A DNA stretch of 64,000 nucleotides from an uncultured Eubacteriales bacterium (GTDB lineage Bacteria > Bacillota > Clostridia > Oscillospirales > Acutalibacteraceae), in the NCBI GenBank assembly GCA_964369405.1, contig CAYJGB010000001.1:98408-162407 (forward strand). Direction: 5' to 3'. The position numbers and the translations under genes were made by a program. This document shows positions 55,029 to 64,000 of the stretch, in pieces; position 1 is the first letter of the stretch; each line of letters opens with the position of its first letter. The notes beneath the pieces are model-generated. The model was not told the origin of the DNA, did no database searches, and worked only from the letters and a program-made list of their open reading frames with translations.

Positions 55029-56720
55029 TTGAGTATATTATGGAAATTAGTGTTATATGAAAGAAGGATTATTTTGAAGAATAAAGGGGTAAAATTAAAA
55101 ATAAGCACTTATGTTTATTTGCTTATTACATTTGCTATAATGTTTGTAGCGTTTTTAGCTTTTATGCAAATTGATGATTTTGTGTCTTATAGTGCTACAA
55201 TAAATAATGAGGAAATAAACAAACAAATCCAAGAAGTTTTTAATGAACAAAATGAAGAGATTTTTGTAAGCGGAACAGCTTATGAAAAACATAAAGAAAC
55301 AAGAGACAGGCAAACTGTAATTATCGGCGATAAAAGTAGTAATATTACAGCTTTAGTTACAACGCAGTTATCACATTTAAGAGAATCTTATTATATCGTG
55401 GAAAATATTTCTGAAATAAAAGAGAGTGAATATGATAAAATAGATGTATACATTGTTACTGATACGAACATATCTGCTGGTGATGTTGTAGAACTTGATG
55501 AAATTGATAATGAAGATAAAACTATTTTATTTATGAATGATTTAACATCAAGACTTTTAGGAAATAGTGCATATCAAGATGTTGTAGGAATATATGACTA
55601 TTTAGGTGATAAAGAGTTTGAAGGATACAGAATTTCTTCTGACTTAGCGTTTAACACCATGGAAGAGCTAGACGAAGTTAAATATGATGCAAGTCACGTT
55701 GTATTAACACATCAAACAAAAACATATGCATCAGCTTTACTAGAAGACGAAGAAGTGAAAAACGAATACTTGCCACCACTTATGTGGAGATATATATCCG
55801 ATAATAGTAGGGTTTATGTGTGTAATGGAGAATTATTTGATAGTCCGTTAGGATATTCATTTATAACACAAGTATATACTGAACTTCAAGACACATATAT
55901 ATATCCGATTGTTAATGCGTATATGTTCTTAGTAGATGGTATGCCTTATGTAGAAAATTTTGAATCTGATTATCTTTTAGAATTATATAACAGAGATGCA
56001 TTAGGTATGCAAAATTCTTTGTTTTTTCCACAATTTAACTCTTCAGCAGATAGATATGATGCAAAAATTACTTGGTATTCGCCAGAATATGATAAAGTTA
56101 TGAGCTCTAATGATGAAGATATAAAATATTATGTTCAAGAATCAGATATGTTAAATAATGAGATTGCAAAAAATGAAGATGATAAATTAATATCCGATAA
56201 AGATTTAATAAGCAATGCAGTACTTTGGAGTGATACATTTAGTTTTGTAGATGATGAAAACAAAGAAATTAATATACCTATTATGATTGAATCAGATGAG
56301 TTTGATATTGAAAAAATAAATTCTAGTTCAATGGCGAAAAGTGTAGGACTTATGTCACTATATGTAGATGTGTCTGAATTTTTGACTGATAATGATAAAG
56401 ACTGGGTTGAGTTTTGTTTAGATTATGAAAGTATACTTGGTTATGATAAAGTAATGTACCCATGGATTGATAGGGTTAATGCTAGCGAGGCTACAAAAAG
56501 AATAACAGCGTTTCTGTCTATTGAGCCAACATACATTTTTGAAGAAGATAGAGCAATTATAGATATTGGTAACTTTAATAGCGAAGCTCACTTTATAATG
56601 CATACTAGAGAAGAAATAAAAGAAGTAAAAAATGCAGAGTTTGAAGAGATTGGAAATGATTTATATTTAATTGAAGCAAAAGCAGAAACTGTAGAAGTTT
56701 ATTATGAGGATAATATATGA
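55029..56720 (+). CDS. membrane-anchored protein in the PelA position (possible PelA-deacetylase-like/DUF2194-like)
   Basis: N-terminal TM segment (YVYLLITFAIMFVAFLAF) and a large extracytoplasmic domain. Stop overlaps the pelF start (ATGA). Function inferred from gene order only. An alternative TTG start at 55074 follows GAAGGA. Confidence 0.4.
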   Translation: MSILWKLVLYERRIILKNKGVKLKISTYVYLLITFAIMFVAFLAFMQIDDFVSYSATINNEEINKQIQEVFNEQNEEIFVSGTAYEKHKETRDRQTVIIGDKSSNITALVTTQLSHLRESYYIVENISEIKESEYDKIDVYIVTDTNISAGDVVELDEIDNEDKTILFMNDLTSRLLGNSAYQDVVGIYDYLGDKEFEGYRISSDLAFNTMEELDEVKYDASHVVLTHQTKTYASALLEDEEVKNEYLPPLMWRYISDNSRVYVCNGELFDSPLGYSFITQVYTELQDTYIYPIVNAYMFLVDGMPYVENFESDYLLELYNRDALGMQNSLFFPQFNSSADRYDAKITWYSPEYDKVMSSNDEDIKYYVQESDMLNNEIAKNEDDKLISDKDLISNAVLWSDTFSFVDDENKEINIPIMIESDEFDIEKINSSSMAKSVGLMSLYVDVSEFLTDNDKDWVEFCLDYESILGYDKVMYPWIDRVNASEATKRITAFLSIEPTYIFEEDRAIIDIGNFNSEAHFIMHTREEIKEVKNAEFEEIGNDLYLIEAKAETVEVYYEDNI

Positions 56721-58135
56721 GAGTTTGTATAATTGTTGAGGGTGCTTATCCGTATGTAACTGGTGGAGTGTCCAGTTGGTTACACCAGTTGATACAAAAT
56801 ATGCCAGAGGTAGAATTTGTTATTCAGGTAATTTCTGCAAAACGTGATGACACAAGACAATTTAAGTATCAAATGTGTGATAATGTTGTAGAAGTTAGAG
56901 AAGTTTACTTGTTTGATGATATAATAGAATATTTTACTAAAGATAAGATTAAACTTAAGAAAAAAGATTATAAGTCTTTTGAGTCACTTCTGTTTGGTAA
57001 CGAAGTTGATTGGGACTCTATTTTAACTTATTTTGCTAAAAACAAAGTGTCTATAGATGCAGTACTAGCTGGAAGTGATTTTTTTGAAATAGTTGCAGAT
57101 TATCACGAAGCTAACTTTGCGGGTATTCCATTTACAGATTTTTTATGGAGTATGCGTTCTATGTATTTACCGTTGTTTGCTGTGTTAACGGCACAACCTA
57201 TAAAAGCAGATGTATATCATGCAGTAGCATCAGGCTATTCTGCGATTATAGGTAGTATGCAGAAAGTATTATACAATAAACCGTTTTTCTTAACGGAGCA
57301 TGGTATTTATACTAGGGAACGAGAAGAAGAAATTATTAGAGCTGGTTGGGTTGATGGTATATACAAAGATTTATGGATAAAACAATTTGCTAAAATCGGT
57401 ATATGTGGATATGAATATGCAGATGTTGTATCATCATTGTTCGAAGATGCAAGAAAATTTCAAATTGAACTAGGTTGTAATAAAGATAAGACTATGGTAA
57501 TTCCAAATGGTGTAGATGTAAAAAGGTACGAGGCTATACCGTTAAAAGAGCCTGATGACAAATTTATTAATGTAGGTGCTATTGTAAGGGTAACTCAGAT
57601 TAAAGATATTAAAACGATGATAACAGCGTTTAGTGCTGCTAAAGAGAAGAATAACAAATTAAAATTATGGATTATGGGACCGCAAGAGGAAGACCCTGAG
57701 TATGCTGATGAATGTGAAAAATTAATTGAAAGATTAAGAGTAGAAGATATTGTGTTCACAGGTTCAATTAATGTGTTAGAATATATTGGTAGAATGGATG
57801 TACTTTTGCTGAGTAGTATTAGTGAGGGTCAACCACTTGTAATATTAGAGGCATTTGCAGCTAAAAAACCATTTATAGCAACAAATGTAGGAAACTGCAG
57901 AGGTCTTATAGAAGGTGAGTTTGATACAGATGGAAAAGCAGGATATGTAGTACCTGTTGCAGGTTCTACTCAGATGGCATATGCAATTTTAAGTGTTGTA
58001 GAAAATGAAGAAGAACGTGTTCACATGGGTATGATAGGTTATCATAGAGCTATAAAGTTTTATGATAAAGAAGATATTTATAATAGGTATTTAGATGTGT
58101 ATAAAAAGCTTGATGAAAAGTACCAGAAAGGATAA
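56717..58135 (+). CDS. pelF: PelF-like GT4 glycosyltransferase
   Basis: N-terminus MRVCIIVEGAYPYVTGGVSSWLHQLI closely matches the PelF N-terminal signature (EG.YPYV.GGVSSW). C-terminal GT4 EX7E region (SSISEGQPLVILEAFAAKKP). Confidence 0.85.
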   Translation: MRVCIIVEGAYPYVTGGVSSWLHQLIQNMPEVEFVIQVISAKRDDTRQFKYQMCDNVVEVREVYLFDDIIEYFTKDKIKLKKKDYKSFESLLFGNEVDWDSILTYFAKNKVSIDAVLAGSDFFEIVADYHEANFAGIPFTDFLWSMRSMYLPLFAVLTAQPIKADVYHAVASGYSAIIGSMQKVLYNKPFFLTEHGIYTREREEEIIRAGWVDGIYKDLWIKQFAKIGICGYEYADVVSSLFEDARKFQIELGCNKDKTMVIPNGVDVKRYEAIPLKEPDDKFINVGAIVRVTQIKDIKTMITAFSAAKEKNNKLKLWIMGPQEEDPEYADECEKLIERLRVEDIVFTGSINVLEYIGRMDVLLLSSISEGQPLVILEAFAAKKPFIATNVGNCRGLIEGEFDTDGKAGYVVPVAGSTQMAYAILSVVENEEERVHMGMIGYHRAIKFYDKEDIYNRYLDVYKKLDEKYQKG

Positions 58136-58137
58136 TT

Positions 58138-59577
58138 ATGGCTGGAATAGGGTTTGAACTTAAAAAGATATATAAAGAAAACAACATATCTAACTTGGCA
58201 ATGGGAGCAGCTTACAGTTCTATGGTATCAGTAGGGCCTACATTGCTAATTGTTGCTATGTTGATTTTGATGTATATTGCTTTAGGATTTAACTATGTGG
58301 GAGTTGCACAAAGAGAGTTATTGTCATCAACTATTTTGTATATTTTTATTTTTTGTGGTATAATTATTTCTCCGTTAAACTCAGTGTTTTCGAGATATAT
58401 TGCAGATAAAATATATCAAAGAAAAGGAGAAGATATATTACCCTCATACTATACAGGGTTATGTATAGTTTGTGGTGTTAGTACCCTTGCTTGTATTCCA
58501 ATGATGTATAGATTATTATTTTTAGGAAATATAGATGTACCATTTGTTATGGCGGCATACGTTTTTTGGATATCTATGATTATATTATTTTTTTCAACCA
58601 TATATATTCATGCAACTAAAAACTATAAAACTATATTTGTGTTTTACGTTATTGGAATGGGAGCAGCTTTTCTTTTAGCTTGGGTTTTACTGAATTTTAC
58701 AGATGTAATACATGCTCTAATATATGGGCTTGCTACTGGATTTTTTATAATCGCATTTTTGCAAGTTGCTCAAGTTAAACGTTGGTTTAAAAGTAGTGGT
58801 ACAAATTACACAGAATGCATAAGATATCTTTGGGAGTTTAAAAGATTGTTTTTAGCAAACGGACTGTACACATTAGGTATATATATACACATTTTTATGT
58901 TCTGGCAAACAGAGGGTAGTATGGTTGTTGCGCAAACATATTTAAGTCATCCTATGTATGATATGGCAACATGTATTGCTATGTTTTCTAATATTTCAAC
59001 TTCAATCATATTTATAGTTATGGCAGAAACTCAATTTCACGATGAATATCAAAATTATATGCAATCTGTTATTGGTGGTACTTATAGATTAATTCTTAAA
59101 AATAAAAATGTTATGCTTAGAACTTTAGGACAACAAATTTTACGATTAGTAGCAATTCAAAGTATGATTACTGCTGTACTGTTTTTAATTGCAGTTACAT
59201 TTTTACCTCAACTTTCATTTAGTTCTATGATTATAGATATGTACCCTGTATTGTCAGTTGGATATTTTATATTATTTTTGATGTATTGTTTAATTATATA
59301 TTTATACTACTTTAATGACCAAAATGGTTGTGTAATACTATCGTTTATATTTTGTGTTACAACTGTAATAGGAACTTATTTCTCAACTGATTTCGAGATA
59401 CCTTATCATGGTTTAGGGTTTGTATTTGGTTCATTATGTGGCTTTACATTTGGTTTTTTTAGAATCAGATATGTAGGGATAAAATTAAATAAACATATAT
59501 TCTGTGATGGTATAACTGTAATGCAAACGAAGAGAGCTAAAAAGGATAATGTTGCTTATAAAAGACCTAATAAATGA
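58138..59577 (+). CDS. pelG: PelG-like polytopic membrane protein (exopolysaccharide export/MOP-like)
   Basis: N-terminus MAGIGFELKKI matches the PelG start (MAGIGFEL). About 12 TM segments. 479 aa. Confidence 0.8.
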   Translation: MAGIGFELKKIYKENNISNLAMGAAYSSMVSVGPTLLIVAMLILMYIALGFNYVGVAQRELLSSTILYIFIFCGIIISPLNSVFSRYIADKIYQRKGEDILPSYYTGLCIVCGVSTLACIPMMYRLLFLGNIDVPFVMAAYVFWISMIILFFSTIYIHATKNYKTIFVFYVIGMGAAFLLAWVLLNFTDVIHALIYGLATGFFIIAFLQVAQVKRWFKSSGTNYTECIRYLWEFKRLFLANGLYTLGIYIHIFMFWQTEGSMVVAQTYLSHPMYDMATCIAMFSNISTSIIFIVMAETQFHDEYQNYMQSVIGGTYRLILKNKNVMLRTLGQQILRLVAIQSMITAVLFLIAVTFLPQLSFSSMIIDMYPVLSVGYFILFLMYCLIIYLYYFNDQNGCVILSFIFCVTTVIGTYFSTDFEIPYHGLGFVFGSLCGFTFGFFRIRYVGIKLNKHIFCDGITVMQTKRAKKDNVAYKRPNK

Positions 59578-59608
59578 TTGACTATAACACATAGCAAAGG
59601 AATACTTT

Positions 59609-61114
59609 ATGAATCAAAACGAAGCGACTAAGAAGAGAAATGTAAAATTCAACTTAATAACATCAATAATTGCTCAAGGTTTAGTTATAATAGTAAATCT
59701 ATTCATTAAAGCAGAGATAAATATAAACTTAGGGTTTGATTATTTAGGTTTACAAACAGTTTATTCGAATTTTTGTGATATTTTCACTTTTGCTTTTTTA
59801 GGTACTTCTATAGCTTTTTTATATAGTTTATATGAACCTCTTGAAAAAAATGACTATATTAAAATTATTGCTAACCATAGATTTTTTGAAAAAATATATA
59901 AATACATGTCACTATGTGTGTTAGGAGTAGGGCTAGTATCTACATTTTTAGTTTTATTTGTTATTGATGACACAATACCAAACTTGCAAATAATAATTAC
60001 ATATACAACATATCTGTTTTCTATAATTATATTTAATAGAGGTGCTGTAAGACAGTATTTTATTATAGCAAACAATAGACATTATATCGTTTGGATTATC
60101 ACAATTATTGTTGAAATAGTTTTCTTTATTCTCCAAATTTATTTTTTAAATACTACTCAAAGTTTTTATATTTACATAATAATTTTCCTATTTAAAAATT
60201 TAGCCTATAACTTGTCCTTTACATTCTTTTTAAAGAAAAAATATAAATACTTATATACAAGAGAAAAAATAGATTATCAAGTAGATAAAAAATTTATATA
60301 TAGTAATATTAAAGATTTAATTATTACTAGAGTAGGTATGGTTCTTATAAATAATACAGATAGTATTGTTACATCTGTTTTTGTTAGCACTGCTGTTAGT
60401 GGTTTGTATGCAAATTACTTATTTGTATATATGGGTGTAGTTTCAATTTTACTAATTTATTTCCAAGCATTAACAGCAAGGATTGGAAACTTTATTGTTT
60501 TACATAATAAAGAAGAAATTTTTAAGCATTTTTGGAATAATTCTATTGTTAATGTTTGTATTGTTGGTTTTTGTACAACTGCATTTTATTTGTTAATTCA
60601 AGATTTTATTACTATTTGGATTGGCGAAGATGGTTTATTATCTCAGCAAATTGTAATATTAGTTTCACTTAATGTGTTTTTATATGGTATGCGTACTGTA
60701 ACATCATCTTACAGAAATGCTGCAGGTTTATTTAGTAAAATAAGCAAATTATTTATTATTAGAGGAGTAGTAAACTTAATATTATCACTTATTGGTGGTT
60801 ATTACTTTGGAGTTGTTGGTATATTAGTAGCTACAGTTGTAGCAAATCTAACCATAGGTTATATTTATGAGGCAAAAGTTGTCTATAAATATTTTGAAAA
60901 GTCGATGAAAAATGAATTGTTGTATCAAGTATTAGGAATATCTAGCACACTGCTATGTATTACTTTTACAGGATTTATAATTTCTTTTGTATCAACAACC
61001 GGCTATCTTGGATTCACTATTAAAACTTTATTATGTGTATTTAGTATAGGTGCATTTTATAGTGTTTTTTATGGTGCGTATATTTTAATTAAAAAAAATA
61101 GAAAGGGTGCATAA
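59609..61114 (+). CDS. Wzx-like oligosaccharide flippase (MOP superfamily polysaccharide biosynthesis protein)
   Basis: 501 aa, about 12-14 TM segments, located upstream of tandem GT2 genes. Family assigned by topology and context. Confidence 0.6.
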   Translation: MNQNEATKKRNVKFNLITSIIAQGLVIIVNLFIKAEININLGFDYLGLQTVYSNFCDIFTFAFLGTSIAFLYSLYEPLEKNDYIKIIANHRFFEKIYKYMSLCVLGVGLVSTFLVLFVIDDTIPNLQIIITYTTYLFSIIIFNRGAVRQYFIIANNRHYIVWIITIIVEIVFFILQIYFLNTTQSFYIYIIIFLFKNLAYNLSFTFFLKKKYKYLYTREKIDYQVDKKFIYSNIKDLIITRVGMVLINNTDSIVTSVFVSTAVSGLYANYLFVYMGVVSILLIYFQALTARIGNFIVLHNKEEIFKHFWNNSIVNVCIVGFCTTAFYLLIQDFITIWIGEDGLLSQQIVILVSLNVFLYGMRTVTSSYRNAAGLFSKISKLFIIRGVVNLILSLIGGYYFGVVGILVATVVANLTIGYIYEAKVVYKYFEKSMKNELLYQVLGISSTLLCITFTGFIISFVSTTGYLGFTIKTLLCVFSIGAFYSVFYGAYILIKKNRKGA

Positions 61115-61116
61115 CT

Positions 61117-62190
61117 ATGACTGATATTGTATTGAGTTTTATTATACCAATTTATAATGCTGAAAAAAATATAAAAAATTGTATCAATTCCATTGTTAGA
61201 GAGAATGAAAACAATTATGAAATAATTTTAATTAATGACGGTTCAACTGACAAAAGTAAAGAAGTTTGTGATGAAATAGTAAGTTCATACAACAATATAA
61301 AAGTTATGCATACTGTTAATAACGGTCAAGGTAAAGCTAGAAACTTAGGTTTAGATATTGCTTGCGGAAAGTATGTAATGTTTGTTGATATAGATGACGA
61401 AATTATATTAAGTGGAGTAAATAATATGTTAGATATCGCTTTAAAAGGAGATTATGACATAGTGTGTTCTACTTATTACAGAATAGAAAATTCTGGAGAA
61501 AACTTAGTTTTAAATGATTTCAAATCAGGCGAAGTTACAGCAAAAGGTACTTTAGAAGATAGAGATAGGTATAATAAGATAAAAAACAAAAGCGTTTTTG
61601 GGTATTTGTGGAATAAAGTTATAAAAACAAGTTTTATAACCCAAAATGGAGTAAGATTAGATAACGAAAGAAAAGTTTTTATGGAGGATTTCATTTTTAA
61701 CTTAAAATTATGGCTAAATAATCCAAGATATTATTATACGCAAACGCCATCTTATAGGTTTGATGTAAGATATAATTCTACGACAAGACAAAATGATGAG
61801 TTCATCGCAGAAAAAACTATTAAAACTATCGAAAATTTTTATAGTTATATGAATGATAATAACTTGTACATTGATAATTTGGAAATAATTATACCAATGT
61901 CCATAAGAATACTAGCATACGCATTAATTAAAAATATTCCATATGAAGGATTATCATTTAAAAAGTTAATGAGTAGAATAAATTTATATGCAAATTCATT
62001 TGCTTATAAATCTATAGTAAATACTGAAAATGCTAGCAAAAGCTTTAAAAGTTTACAGTCATTACCAGAAAAAGTACTGTATAAATACTGCTTGTTTTGT
62101 TTAAAACACAAGTTGAAAGGTTTAATAGCATTGTTGTTTTTCGTGTTTTATCCTGTGTTTAAAATATATTTAACTAAAAATGTTAAGTAA
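61117..62190 (+). CDS. family 2 glycosyltransferase
   Basis: LSFIIPIYNAEKNIKNCINSI, LINDGSTDKS and FVDIDDE (DxD) motifs. 357 aa. Confidence 0.85.
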   Translation: MTDIVLSFIIPIYNAEKNIKNCINSIVRENENNYEIILINDGSTDKSKEVCDEIVSSYNNIKVMHTVNNGQGKARNLGLDIACGKYVMFVDIDDEIILSGVNNMLDIALKGDYDIVCSTYYRIENSGENLVLNDFKSGEVTAKGTLEDRDRYNKIKNKSVFGYLWNKVIKTSFITQNGVRLDNERKVFMEDFIFNLKLWLNNPRYYYTQTPSYRFDVRYNSTTRQNDEFIAEKTIKTIENFYSYMNDNNLYIDNLEIIIPMSIRILAYALIKNIPYEGLSFKKLMSRINLYANSFAYKSIVNTENASKSFKSLQSLPEKVLYKYCLFCLKHKLKGLIALLFFVFYPVFKIYLTKNVK

Positions 62191-62235
62191 TGATTAAGGT
62201 TTATATTATTTTTATTGTGTTAGGAAGTGCTGAAT

Positions 62236-63222
62236 ATGAATGAAAAAATTAGTGTAATTGTTCCTGTATATAAGGTTGAAAAGTTTTTGGATAGGTGTGT
62301 AAAGTCATTAATCGAGCAAACTTATACAAATCTTGAAATAATATTAGTTGATGATGGCTCACCAGATAGTTGTCCACAAATGTGTGATAAATGGGCAAAA
62401 AAAGATGATAGAATAATTGTAATACATCAAACAAATAAAGGGTTAAGTGAGGCAAGAAATTCTGGAATGGATATAGCGACAGGGGACTATATAGCATTTC
62501 TTGATAGTGATGATTATGTGTTTCCAGATATGTATGAAAAATTATATACCGCACTAAAAGCTAACAATGTAGATTTGGTTGCTTGTGGTTATGTTGATGT
62601 AGATGAATACGGTAATTTGATTAAGAGAAATGTATTCAAAGGTAATGAATTTAAGTATGAAAAAGTTTATTCTGGCAAAGAATATGCATCATTTTTTTTC
62701 AGTAATTTAAGTATAAGTATAGTTTGGGATAAACTATATAGTAAAGAGATAATAGGTGATAATCGTTTTAAACCAGGAGTAGCGTGTGAAGATATTTTGT
62801 TTTTATCTAATATTATTAATAACCAAGTAAGCATGGTATTTATAGAAGATAGTTTATATTATTATACAGTGCGAAAAAATAGTATAACATATGGCTTTAA
62901 TGAAAAGTTTTACTTTGATAGAGTTAAAAATGTTTTTGATGGAAGTTTGATGGTGGAACAAAAAATAACTGGAATGAAAAAATATACCAGAATAGCACAG
63001 TTTAGAGCAATATCATCATTTTTGTTTTTTATGCCTTCTGAATATATCAAAAATAAAAATAAAGCATATTTATTTACGTTAAATAAATTAGAAGAAAATA
63101 AACAATATATAGCTAAGACGGATTTAGAATTTTCTTTAAAAATATTGCTTCGAATGTTTTTGATATCAAAGAGGTTTGCAAAATTTATATTTAAAGTGAT
63201 TAATAAGGTATATATTAAATAA
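62236..63222 (+). CDS. family 2 glycosyltransferase
   Basis: ISVIVPVYKVEKFLDRCVKSL, LVDDGSPDS and FLDSDDY motifs. ATG at 62236 follows AGGAAG. Confidence 0.85.
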   Translation: MNEKISVIVPVYKVEKFLDRCVKSLIEQTYTNLEIILVDDGSPDSCPQMCDKWAKKDDRIIVIHQTNKGLSEARNSGMDIATGDYIAFLDSDDYVFPDMYEKLYTALKANNVDLVACGYVDVDEYGNLIKRNVFKGNEFKYEKVYSGKEYASFFFSNLSISIVWDKLYSKEIIGDNRFKPGVACEDILFLSNIINNQVSMVFIEDSLYYYTVRKNSITYGFNEKFYFDRVKNVFDGSLMVEQKITGMKKYTRIAQFRAISSFLFFMPSEYIKNKNKAYLFTLNKLEENKQYIAKTDLEFSLKILLRMFLISKRFAKFIFKVINKVYIK

Positions 63223-63261
63223 TGATTAATATGTAGTAATTATAGTAAAGGAGGGAGAAAT

Positions 63262-64000
63262 TTGGTTAGTATAATTATACCTATATATAATACAAAAGAT
63301 TATTTAGAAAGATGTATAAGAAGTGTAGTTCAGCAGTCTTATTCAGATATAGAAATAATTTTAGTAAATGATGGCTCTACAGATAATTGTCTTATTATAT
63401 GTGAAAAATGGGCTAAAAGAGATAATAGAATAAAAATTATTAATCAAGAAAATAGAGGAGTGGCAGAAGCAAGGAATTCTGGAATTAAGGTTGCTAAAGG
63501 TGAGTACATTTGCTTTGTAGATAGTGACGATTATGTTAACAGAGATTATATTAAAAGGCTATATGAAGTTATTATTGCTAATAACATCGATATTGTATGT
63601 TGTGGAAATTTATATGTAAACATAAACGACCAACAAATTATGAAAACTTCACATAGAATACATGGATTTAATTATGATGAAGTACATACTGGTAGAGAAT
63701 TACTAACTATGCTTTTAGAAGATAAAACTATACCAGTAGTATGGAATAAAATATATAGAAAAGATATAGTACTGAAAAATTTGTTTAAGCAAGACGAATT
63801 ATGTGTCGATTGTTATTTTTTGGCAAATATATTAGACAATGATACTTCGATTATGTACATAGATGATGTTCTATATTTTTTCACAGTAAGAGAAAATGCA
63901 TTTGAATATAGATTTCATAAAGACTACTATCTTAAAATGATTAAATATCTATGTTCATTAGATAATTTTTTAGTAGATAGATTCGATGAAGAGATAATTA
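63262..64000 (+). CDS. family 2 glycosyltransferase, C-terminally truncated by window edge
   Basis: Not in the ORF track because it is partial. TTG at 63262 follows GGAGGGAG. Translation VSIIIPIYNTKDYLERCIRSV...LVNDGSTDN...FVDSDDY is open to position 64000. Paralogous to the preceding GT2. Confidence 0.75.
   Translation, partial: MVSIIIPIYNTKDYLERCIRSVVQQSYSDIEIILVNDGSTDNCLIICEKWAKRDNRIKIINQENRGVAEARNSGIKVAKGEYICFVDSDDYVNRDYIKRLYEVIIANNIDIVCCGNLYVNINDQQIMKTSHRIHGFNYDEVHTGRELLTMLLEDKTIPVVWNKIYRKDIVLKNLFKQDELCVDCYFLANILDNDTSIMYIDDVLYFFTVRENAFEYRFHKDYYLKMIKYLCSLDNFLVDRFDEEII

Noticed and set aside
62692-62699. T8 homopolymer inside the second GT2 gene as a phase-variation switch
   Set aside because: A/T runs of this length are frequent throughout this AT-rich window. 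With no population data there is nothing to suggest slippage here.
1-64000. Search for defence systems, toxin-antitoxin pairs, prophage or IS elements
   Set aside because: No nuclease, helicase, methyltransferase, Cas, integrase, transposase or phage structural signatures were recognised in any listed ORF. The novelty in this window appears to lie in non-coding structured elements and uncharacterised metabolic and EPS modules instead.

Overview
Visibly AT-rich chromosomal segment from a spore-forming low-GC Firmicute, probably Clostridia-like (cotJABC and cwlJ-gerQ are present). I call about 56 protein genes and one 5-tRNA operon. I saw no rRNA, CRISPR, transposase, integrase, phage or recognisable defence genes. 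Gene content left to right: LexA-controlled UmuC-like Y-family polymerase; XRE-cupin regulator with an acyl-CoA synthetase; GH13 neopullulanase; cwlJ-gerQ; hemW; cotJABC; tspO; prfC; a NifU-like/GGGtGRT pair; a double-activase plus dehydratase-like pair (2-hydroxyacyl-CoA dehydratase type); an orphan acpP; an aromatic amino-acid supraoperon (aroE-aroK, then aroF-tyrA-aroB-aroA-aroC-pheA); copA-csoR; tcdA; a D-2-hydroxyacid dehydrogenase; an FHA-fused SEDS protein with a class B PBP; cyclase and lipoprotein genes; a capD-like gene; ogt with an alkD-like gene; abgT; tRNA Gly-Arg-His-Lys-Gln; an Fe-ADH; and a 14-kb exopolysaccharide region. That region is a Gram-positive Pel-like cluster (pelD/E/A-like/F/G) followed by a Wzx flippase and three tandem GT2 genes. 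Most interesting observations, all from reading the sequence: (1) a roughly 140-150 nt intergenic element that folds as a four-way junction and occurs twice (15228-15377, 41068-41204), with compensatory base-pair changes between copies; (2) a second structured repeat of about 170 bp, present as an inverted pair (9426-9592, 13081-13250), bracketing cotJABC-tspO-prfC and carrying an outward TGTATAAT; (3) a 38-codon Phe/Tyr/Trp-rich leader ORF with terminator and antiterminator pairing in front of aroF, which looks like leader-peptide attenuation rather than a T-box; (4) uncharacterised redox modules (NifU-like+GGGtGRT; activase/dehydratase); (5) a Pel-like locus with a c-di-GMP-receptor-type PelD and an interleaved DUF2304/GT2 pair. 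All family assignments come from motif recognition by eye and need HMM or BLAST confirmation.
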